Below, piece by piece: positions 28,755 to 40,700 of a stretch of 64,000 nt of DNA; position 1 is the stretch's first letter, and each line of letters starts with the position of its first letter. The stretch is from a virus. A program made the position numbers and the translations under genes. The stretch lies in IMG/VR virus record IMGVR_UViG_3300033552_000003, positions 1 to 64,000 of that record. One strand, 5' to 3'. The notes under the pieces are model-generated. The model did no database searches. It was not told where the DNA came from and was given only the letters and a program-made list of their open reading frames with translations.

Positions 28755-31700
28755 ATGTCAGAAGTAACACCTGTACCATTACATAAATTAGTAATTAATC
28801 CAGAACCTACAAGAGAACAAGTACTTGATAATATAGGTAAAACTAATTTGTTAAATCCTCTTGTTGCTCCTACAACTACTATTACTCAAAAAGATATAAA
28901 AGATTTAGCCGATCAAAATATCAATTTTGTTACTCCAGATAAAACATGGAATCAACAAAAAGCAGAAAATCAAGGTAATTTAGAACAGCTTTATAATGTT
29001 GCAAAACAAGTTGTAGTAGGTCATGGAATAGGTGGTTTATTTACTGGAGCTGGTTATATAGAATCTTTAGCACAAAGTTCAAACATTGCTAATAATTACG
29101 ATAATGCTTATTCAAATAGCATGACAGAAATAGGTAATGCTATTTTAAAAAGTAGTCAATCTAATAATCCTATTTGGGAAGAAAAGCAAGGAGATTTTAA
29201 TCCTGGTGATTGGGGATATTATATGGGTAGATTAGCAGATGCTGGATCTGTTTTATCAATGGTTATTCCTACAGGATTAATAATTAAAGGATTAGGGTAT
29301 GCGGCTAAAGGACTTACACTTGCTTCTAGGTTTTCTAAAGCTGCCAATAGTGTAGGACTAGGTGCTAAGTATGCAAATTTAGCTGTTAAAGGAATTAGTT
29401 CTGCTATTGTATCAAGGCAAATAGAATCTTCTATGGAAGCAGATGGTATTTATCAAGAACAATATAATAAATATAAAGAGTTAGGCTACACTGAATTAGA
29501 AGCTAAATCTACCGCTTCTAAAGCTGCTGCTTCTACATATAGAGGTAACTGGGCTATGCTTACTCAAGATATATTTCAATATACTTTACTTGGATCTAAA
29601 TGGAGTCCAGCAAGTACTAAAATAGCAGATAAAGGTTTAAAAGGATTTGGTAAAAGTTTAGTTGCTTTAGGTACAGATGCTCTTTCAGAAGGTGCTGAAG
29701 AAGGCTATCAATATATATTAGGTCAAGAATCTAAAGCACAATCTGATATTGATAGTGGTCTAGCTAACGCTGATTTTGGTAGATCTTATAGATTAAAAAA
29801 AGATGTACAAGATGGAGAATTTCTTAATTCTGTAATAAGTGGAATGTTTGGTTCTACTGTTATACAAGGAGGAAATGCAATTGCTGCTAAGTTTTTAAAT
29901 AAAGAAGATTCTGTAAAAGAAGAGGAGTTTAATACTGAAAAAATTATTAATGCTCAGACTTATGCAGATAAGTATAAAGATATAAATCAAAGTATTAAAC
30001 AAGCTGATTTAGCTGAGGATAAAGAATCTGCTAAAGAATTCAGAAGAGAATTATCTACTGAACTTGCTTTACAATCTTCTGATTTAGGTAACATAGATAA
30101 ACATACTGAATTTTTAGAAGGACTTAATGCTATGAGTCCTGAACAAATGGATGCTTTTAATGCTGAAAACAGTACTGAATATAATCAAGAGTTTAAAGAA
30201 TTACTTCCTACTTTAATAGAAGATTCTAAAAAGATAGGAGATTTGTACAATGAAGGTTTTAGAAAGTTTGGTGATAAAGGATTAGCAAATACTTATGCTA
30301 AATCTAAATTTGATTTATCTACTAAAGATTTTTCAAGAAGAACTTTAGATGGAGATATTGCAAGATTATCTATAGACATCCCATTATTATCTGATCTAAG
30401 TCCTGCTGGAGTTATAGAAGCTACTGCTGTAAATACTATCAATAGTAATAAAGCTCTTTTAAAAACACTTAAAAAAGCTAGAGAATCAGGTAATATAACT
30501 GGTAAAAGATTAGAGGCTCTTAACGATAATATTGCTAAATCTGAAGAATCTATTACTAAAGCAAAAAAAGATATTCAAGATTCTAAACTAGTAGAAACTA
30601 CAGAAGAACAAAAAAGATCTGATAGATCTGTTATAGATAGTTTTGATAAAAATAATCAAGAGCTTAATACTAAACTAATTAGAAGAGCGTCCTTAGATAT
30701 GGATTTAAAAGTAGCTATTGATACAATCAATAAGCTAAATAATAATCCTGAAAAAATACAAGAGAATAAGATTAATAATTCTATAGATAAAGCTAACACA
30801 GTATCAGAATTAGAAACTATTGCTAGTACTTTACCTATTGATGCTTATGAATCTACTAAAGAGGCTTACAGAATTAAATTAAAATCTAAATATTCTGAAT
30901 TAAAACAACAAGAAGATAATATTAAAAGAGAAGCTGTAGAAAAAGAAATATCTTTTGTACAACCTACAAGTCCTTCAATAGAAACACCTGATCAAGTTGA
31001 AGCTAATAACTTCAAAAATGATCCTGATTCAGAATTTAATGATCTACTTATTAAACAAGGTAAAGTTATTAATCCACTTGATTTAGTTAATAACGATACA
31101 GTATCTGTAGAAGATCCACATGAACATGGTGCTATTGTATTTGGACAATTTAACAACGGAGTTGTTACTCCTGATTTTATTTTCTGGAAAGCAGATCAAG
31201 TATACTTTAAAAAAATAGATGGTGTATGGACGTTTGAAGGTGATCCTATAGAAGATGCTAATTACATAGAAGCTATAGAATCTTCTCTGTATGACATTCA
31301 AGAAGATTATAATAACAATAACTTTTATAATACACAAGTATTTACAGCTAAACAAAGAGAAGAAATATTACAAGTAGTAAATCCTTCTCAGGCAGTTATT
31401 ACAAAAGAGAATAATGTAAATACAGTTATTATTACTGAAGATACTAAAGAAAGTGAAGATATAGAATCTAAAAAAGCTGATATAGAAAGAAGAAGACAAG
31501 AAGAATTATTATCTTTTTTACCATCAGGATTAAAATCTTTATTTAATAAAACAATAAAAATAATATTTGATAAAACATTACGAAATATTGCTGCTTATAG
31601 AAAGATTACAAAAAATGGGATTTCTTCTGAAGACATAGCTTTATCATCCGATGGAAATTATAGAAATTTATTACACGAATTAATACATAAGTTTATAGAT

Positions 31701-34700
31701 GGCAGATTTGATACTGATACAAGATTAAAATTTAGAAGTAGAGCTATTTCTATTCTTAATAGAATATCTGAACTTTCAGAAGGAGATTCTACTGTAGGTA
31801 GAATGTTAAGAGGATATACTGGAATAGGAAATTCAATAGAAGAAGAAGTTGTTACATGGTATTTAACTGACTCTGATTTTAGAAATGAAATAAACTCTTT
31901 AGATTTAAATGTTAAAAATAAAGTACTTTCTTTAATAAAAGAAATTTCTGGATTTACTGATGATCAACTTCAAGAATTTATTAATTTTGATAGTTCAGAA
32001 AAAGCAAAAGAATTAGCTTTTGAAAATATTGATAATATTAATGCTAAATATGATGCTGAATTAGCTGCTTTAAAATCTAAAAAAGAAAGTACAAATATAA
32101 TTATTGAAATTGAAGAATTTACTATTGAAGAGTCTGAAGAAGCTAATTATTTAAAACCTAACTTACCTGGGAGTAGATTAGCTTATAAATCATATAGAGG
32201 AGATAATCCTACTACTGATTTACGTGAAGGATATAAGAAAGATTTTACAGATCTTATTGAAACTCCTATTCCTTTTTCTGAGAAGTTTGAAAAGAGTATT
32301 AATTTGTCAATTGATTTAGATTACATGAAAAGTAATCCATCTTTAGCTAAACTAATACCTCAATTAGATACTCTTGAAGATATTGGTAATATTCCAATTA
32401 AAGCAGAGTTAACGGGTAAAAATGGTAAGACCTATATATCTTATCTTTATACAAGTAATACTTTAAGAAATCAAACATATAATACTCAAGAACAAATAGA
32501 TAACTTATTATCTTTAAAAAGATCTGTAGTAGAAGCATACAAACAAGGTACATCTGTTATTACAAAAATAGATTATACTACAAGTGTACTTGGTGGAGTA
32601 TTTGCTAAACAACTAGATACGTTTGAAAATGTACCTACTAGTTTTCAATTACCTATTGAAGAATTTGATTTAAGAGTATCTTCTGATAACTATTACATTA
32701 AAGCAGATGGAACTGAAGACTTTGATTTACCAAGTCCTAAAAAGAAAGGTAACATCTATAGCGTACATAAAAATACTAATGGAAAATCTGTACCTGTTAA
32801 ATTATGGAATAGTAAAATAACTCCAGAGATATCTAACTTAATACTTAATATCTATAAAGAGATAAATTCTAAAGGACGTAAAGCTGCTTTATCTTCTGAA
32901 TTTAAAAGTTCTAATTCAGATATACTTAAAAACTTAATAAACATATTAGATAATCCTACATACGGAACTCTATTAGAGAATCTAGTTTATGAAGGTAAAA
33001 ATGAAACAGCTACAGCTAAGTATCCTCTATATTTATCTGAAAGTAAATTAACGTTTGGTAATTTAACTCAAGATATTAATAATATAGATGCAGAAGCATT
33101 CTTAAATTATACAACTACTAACAAGTACTTTCAAGTTAATAGAAAGTTATTAGCTGATAATAAGTATAAGAAATTCTTATTTGATAACATTCTTAAAACC
33201 AATACTGCTGCAGTAGATGGTAATTTATTTATACAACCTACTATAGTACTTTCTACAGATACTACACAAAGAGTATTTATACCTGTTAAAACAGAAGCTA
33301 TATCTGTACCTGATGAAAGTCAACCCACTACTATAGTTAGAGAAGATTTAGAAGCTCCTTCTATATTTGATTCTAAAGATATTGCACCTACTAAAGCTAC
33401 TGTTATTAATGAACAAGAAGCAATTGCTTGGTTAAGATCTAATTTAAGTATGGTTCCTGTAGAACTACAGAATGATGCTATTGAGATATTTAAAGATGGT
33501 ACACAATCTATAGGACGTTTTACTGAAGGTATGATTATACTTTCTAGATTAGCTAGTACTGGAACAGAATATCATGAAGCTTTTCATGCTGTAAGTCAAT
33601 TATATCTTACTGAAAAAGAAAGAACTGGTTTATACAATAAAGTAAAAGTAGCTGAAGGTAAACAATTAACTGATAGACAAGCAGAAGAATTATTAGCAGA
33701 TGAGTTTGCTTATTATGTAAAATCAGATGGAAAAGCTGATTATAAATATGTTGATAAATCCCCGTCTTCTTTTTTTGGAAAGCTACTTCAATGGATTAAA
33801 TCTGTATTTAGTAATACAACAACTGTAGATAAAGTATTTAAAAATATTAACTCTGGATTCTATACTAATAAAGTCTTACCACAAAATTTAAAAGTTACTT
33901 CTTATGATAAGAGAGTAGATAACTTATCTGTAGAACAAGCTAAGAATATAACTGATCATTTACTTTATTTAGCTTTTGTTACACAGAATTTAGGTTCAGA
34001 AGATATAAGTAAATTAGATTTTAATAAAGCTACTTTTGAATTATTTAAAGTATATAATGTAGCTGATTCTTCATTTAAAGAAAGATATGAAAGAGTATTT
34101 GATTCTCTTTGTAGATCTGATTGGAGAACTATATTTAATAATCCTAAAATAGATTTAAAACAAGTTGAATGGATAGATAACTATTCTCCTCTTGCAACTA
34201 ACTTATATGAAGGACTTCAAACACTAGGTATTAAAACTAAAATAAGTAAAAAAACTATTGAAGAGTTAGATACTGAATTAGAAGATCAGCGTTTAGATGA
34301 AACAGATGGTGATAATTATACTCCACTTACTACTAAAGCAAGTTATAATTATTCAAACAAAGAAACATCTAGAAACAATACTAAGTTATTAGTAGCAAGT
34401 TTACCTGCTATTAAAGAAATTAAAGATGGTAAAAATATATATGAAAAAGATGATTACTTTGGTTTAGTTAAAATAGCTGATTACGGTAGTACTTGGTCTT
34501 TCTTAGAAGATTTATTATCTAATATAAACCCAACTAACGAACAAGACGGCCTTGATATTATGATGAATCGTATTAAAGATTCACTTGTATTTAGACCTGA
34601 ATTAAGTAAACTGTATAATAATTTAAGTTCTGCTGATGATACAGTACGTACTCAGTTTTATACTGATATGAATTTAGTTAAGAATAATTTTGCTACAACT

Positions 34701-37700
34701 CTTTTAACTAAAGCATATAATGCAGAAACTAAAAAATATAACTACGAATACAAGTTTCAAAAAGGAAATCAAAAAAACGTAGCTAATAGAATTACTTCTG
34801 AATGGTCTGATTTGTTTAATAACAACTTTTTAACTGACTCTGGTATAGATGTGATTAAAGTAAAATCTATAACTGATAAAATATCTATTATAGAAAACAA
34901 ACTTAAAGAAAGATCTTTATCAGATTCTGAATTAAATGTTATTATAGAAAATATATATAAAACTCTTAATGATTTAGGATTTAGATTTACATCTGTTAAT
35001 TCACTTAGTTATGTTATTAACAGTATTAAATCAGATAATTTACAAGGTAGAGTATCTGCATTTTTATTAAGTAAAAGTGTAGGTATTGATAAAGTTATAG
35101 AAAGAATATCTTTAGGAGAAGATCCTGCAATCGTACTTCCTGATGAAAAAGGTATGACATATGTTGTTAATTTAGAAGCTAAGTTTAGAAAAGATGGTTT
35201 TGAATCATCTATTGTAGGTGCTGGTGGAAATAAACAGTGGTCTTATTCTTATGGAAGTTTTTTTAATAAAGTTATTTCTAGTATGAATAATATTAATGAA
35301 TCTGACTTTATTAAAAATTTATCTAACACACCTTACTTTAAAAATAGTGTTTGGTTTCATCAATTAAAAACTAATCAAGTATCGGCAAGTAGTATAACAT
35401 CTTCTATATTCTCTTCTCTTAAAGAAGAAAATAACGGTGATTCAGGTTCTTCTCTTACAGATCTTGCACCTAATGAAGAGAAATCAGATATTATAAACAG
35501 AATAATTGCTAATATAGATACTCCAGATAGATCAAGTTATTCTACAGGTTTAGCTAAAGCAGATAAATCTACAGATGTTCTTATAGCTGGATTTAAATTA
35601 ATTCCTGCAAAGTATACTAATAATCAGTTAAGTAATGCAGGTATTGATATATTATCTGGTTATTTAATAGATGAATTAAATAGAACAATACAAGCACATA
35701 AAGATGTAGATACATGGAAAGAAAATAATAATACTTCTGATCTTGTAGAATATTATCATTATGATCCAAAAAGTAAAGATAAGTTTGATAAATCTGGTGG
35801 TGCATTTAGAGTATTCTTATTCCCTGAATTAAGTTCTAAGTTATTAAAAGAATCTAATAAAGATCTTTATGATGCTATTTATGATGAATCAGGTGTACCT
35901 TATCCTATATCAGATAACTTTGTTAAAAATACTTTAATAAGAGATTATATAAATACTTCTTTTAGAAAAGTATTAAACTTTGAAATAGCTGAAGCACTTA
36001 AAGTAGGTGTTGTTAAACAAGGCTTAGAATTAGAAAATATATCACTTGATAATAAATTAGTTTCTAAACGTAAAGAAACTATGACTGAGCAGGAAGCTGT
36101 AATAAGTCTATTTGCTGATTATACTTTAAATGGAGTAATAAACAATGTTGAAACTACTAAGTTCTTTCATGGTGATCCTGCATTTTATAAAGGTACAGCT
36201 ATAGATCCATTTGCAGATATTAAGAAAAGAACACCTCTTATACTTGCAACAGGACGTGCTCAAAGAGTTTATAGAGATAAAGAAAACAATTGGGTAGTAC
36301 CACCAACTTATAGATCTGCAGTACTTGAGGATAGTGAAATAGCTTCTTACTATTATACTCCTGAGTATATAGATAACTTAGCAGATATATATTCTGAACT
36401 TAATGGTACGTCTAAAGAATCTGAATTAAGTAAATTAACAGAGCAATTTAGTGCTTACAAAAAAGTAAATGAAACTGATGCTCAAGCATATATAACTCTT
36501 GATAGATATAGAATTACTCAATTAGGTTGGGGTAAGTGGTCAACAGCTAAACAAGAAACTTTTGATGCTATAAAAACTTGGGAAACTAATCCTACAACTG
36601 AGAATTTAAATTTAGCTAGAAAATTATCTAAAGAATCTGATTTAGCTATGCAACCTCTTAAATCTGTACATACAGGTATGGAGTTTCATAGTTCTAATCC
36701 AGGTATAGGTATTGTAGAATATAATAAACAATCTGAAGCAGTACTTAATCCTGTATTTACAGTAGGTACTCCACTTGATAAATTACGTAAGTCTATGGAA
36801 GGTTCTGTAGATCACGTAATATTTAGAAGTGGTAAAAAAGTAGGTACTCAAGGTGCTACATCTATAAGTACGGATGGAGATATAAATAGTAATATTAAAT
36901 TTAATAAGATTAAAAACTTATCAAGTTATAATTATTACTTACAACAAGATCTACCTTATCATGGATTTGATGAATCTCTTGAAGGTTCTCAAATATTTAA
37001 TGTTGTACAATCAGATGTAGACTTTACTCATACTTATTCAAATGGTATGACTGGTAAAGAACTTATAGCTACTTTACAATCCACACAAGCTAAATTACAT
37101 GATATAGGTGGGCAGAAATTAAAGGATAAATACGAATTTACAGATAATTGGACACCAGATAATTATAAAAAGTTACGTAAAGATATTATGGAAGACCTTA
37201 CTAAACGAGGAGCTTCAGATAATATTAGAGAAACTTTACAAGATACATCTTTCCCTTTTTCAGCAATTGCACAAGCAACTAAAAGAGTTACTAATGCTTT
37301 TAACTCTATGGTTAATAGTTCTGGAGTTAAACTTAAAATGCCTGGTGGACCTCTTATTCAAATAAGTGGTTTTGGTATTGCAAGACCTACAGGTTATACA
37401 GAGTTAAATAAAAAAGTTAAGGAGGGTATTTTATGGTTTGGAGAAAAAGAATTATCTCCTCCTAAATTAGTTAAAACAGAAGAAGGAATTACTTCTCTTA
37501 AAGGACAAATACTTGTTCCTCACACAATAGTTGAATCTATTGAAGGATGGGAAACTATGTCTAAGAGTGAGTTACTTTCTAAAATAGATAAAGATACTCT
37601 TTATGCTATTGGATATCGTATTCCAAATCAAGGATTATCTTCAAATGATTCTCTTGAAATTGTAGGTATACTTCCAGTTGAAGCAGGTGATTCAGTAGTT

Positions 37701-40700
37701 CTTTATAATGAAGTAACTACTAAAACAGGAGCAGATTTTGATATAGATAAAATGTATATCATGGTTCCTAATTATAACTATAATAAAGAATCAGGTAGAA
37801 TTGAAAAAGTTAAATATGATTCAACTAACGAAACTGAAGAAGGATTACAGAACTATAAATTAGATCTTTATAATACATTATTATCAGATCCTAAATCTTA
37901 TCTTTCTGTAGTAGCACCTTTAGATTCACCTTTCTTATCAGATACTATTGATCAATTACATGGTGTAGATAAAGTTGAGAATAGAGATTTAATCTTTATG
38001 TCTCCAGGGCAACAGTATAACATTAAAACATCTTTTAGAGGTGGTAAAACAGGTATTGGTATATTAGCTAACAATATTGTTGATCACGTACAAGGACAAA
38101 TATGGGATTTAAAATTAAATGGAGTTGATTTAGGACGTGGTAACAGATCAATTGAAGGTGAAACTGTATTCTCAGGACTTGATTGTGAAGCTACTCAAGA
38201 TGGTACAGTATATAAAATAAGCTCTGTTCTTTCATGGTTTGCAAATGCTTTTGTAGATATAGCTAAAGATCCATATATAACTAAAGGTAATTTTAATGAT
38301 ACTACATTATCTACTACGATGATGTTAGTACGTGCAGGATTTGCTCCTGATTGGATTATTAACTTTATGGGTCAACCTATTCTTAAAGATTATGTTACTT
38401 TAACTAATGCTAATAAAGGAAGAATTAGATCTTATAATGATGTTTTAGCAATTGTAAAAGCAAAATATAAAGGAGAATCTAATAAAGTTAGTGCTAGTAT
38501 TGCTATCAGTAAATTAAAGTCATGTATACAAAATAAAGATTCTGTATCTAACTTTAATGATATACAAACAGGTATATTAGATTTGTTTGTAGAATTTGAT
38601 AGATCTGCTAAAGTTCTTCAAGAACAAATACGTGCATCTAAACAAAATACAAATGGTGCAGGTAAATCTAACGTAGAAGCATTTACTATATCTGAACAAG
38701 TTAATAAAGTAAATTCTGAAAATAAAATAGGTAATTTTAGTAATAAATTTAATGGTGCATTAGGTGCAGCATACGAAAACTCTGTTACTCTTTTACGTAA
38801 TATGTTTGGAGATTTCTTATTCTCAGATAACTCTGTAAACAAACAAGCTATAAGAGAAATATCTTCAGATCAAGGTAAGTTATTTGCAACTGATTTAGAA
38901 CTTAATGAAAAAGTATCTGAATCATTCTATTCTTATGTATCATCTGGATTAGAATTCTTTAAAAATACAGATCTTAAAGAACTACTTTATGGTAAAGAAT
39001 CTATTGCTAATAGAATATATAATTTAAAATATGGTAAAGAATCTACTGTACGTAATAATATTCTTATACAATATTTAGAAATACAGAAACAAAAAGGATC
39101 TATTCCTGGAACAGTAGGTATTAATCAATTTAGAGATAAGTCTATAGCAGTACAGAATCAAATTACTCAAAGTTGGGAAGAACTTCTTTCTTCAGACAAT
39201 CCTAAAACAAAAGCTGTTGCAGAAGATCTTGTAAAATATGCGTTTTATTCATCTGGATTTAACCCTACATCCAAATCCTTTTTTGAATACATTCCTTATA
39301 AGTATTTGAAACAAATAGGATTTGGTGATTATATGGATAACTTTATGAAAAATCCTAATAATCAAATTGTTGATAGTTTTAAAGAACAGTTTTATCAAAA
39401 CAATATTGATTCTGATTATATCAAGGATTTTAATAAAAATGATATTATAAATAAAAATGGTATTGTTACTATTAAAGAAGATTCTTTAAAGAAATTCTTT
39501 ATAGGATATTCTACAGTTAATAATACTACACAAATAGAATACAGTAGATATATTAAATCAGTTGAAATAGTAGAAAACGTTATAACAAAAGGTAATGAAA
39601 AAATTAAAATCTTTAATAAAACAAGTAAATTATATAAACTTCAAGGATATGATATAAGTAATGTACCTATGTATACTCAAATAGGTATTAAAGGATACTC
39701 TGCTAAAGATGGTAATAGAGTTGTAGAATATTCTTATAACGAGAATAAAGAATCTATATTTAATCTTTTAGTTAAAGATATTCAAATAGAAGTTAGTTTA
39801 TATCCTCAAACTCCTAATTCAGAATCGTATAACAATACTTCAGAAAATAAACTTACTAAAGTAAATAATACTAATTTTACATTAGGAAAAGCAATTATTG
39901 ATTATATAAATTCTATATTACCAAATTTTATAAAAAATAAAAATGATGAATTTAATTTTGTATCTGAACTTAAAGCTTTACAATTATTATCTTTTGAAGA
40001 AAATACTAAAGAAGAATTAATTAGCGGTAAAAAGAATGCTGAAAGTGCTTTACAAGAATGGGCAGATGGAAATAAAAATTTAAATAGCCAATTAAATAAT
40101 ATTTTAGCAAATATACTACTTGGTAAACTAGCTGAAGACGGACTTTCTGAATCAGATATATGGCACAATTTATTTAATACGCCATTAAAAAATACTAATG
40201 AAAAAAATGTATCTAAAACTAAAAATTTAGAATTTGTATTTAATGAAAATCCTATATTAAAAGAGGTAGGAACTAAAAAACAGTATTCTAATTATTTAGA
40301 TACTATATTTCCAAATAGTACATTAACAGATATTGTTTATCATGGTACAAATAATAAAAATGAAATATTAAAAGAAGGATTTAAAAACAATAGTGAATTA
40401 TTTAGTGCTGATGACGATAGACATTATGAAATTGGAGAATTAGGGAATGGTTATTATTTTACACCTAGTATAAATTCTGCTAAAAATTATGGAGAAATTG
40501 TTAGTGCTGTAATAAACAATCCTGATGTAGAAAATAAAACTACATTTAACAACATAACTAATGAACAAGAAACACAGTATTTTGTAAAATCAAAAAAACA
40601 AATACATGTATTAGGTACAGAACAAGATATAGAAGGATTTAAAGAATATGTAAAAAAAGATGTATCTTTGAATGAATCAATAGATCTAGAAAACGATTTA

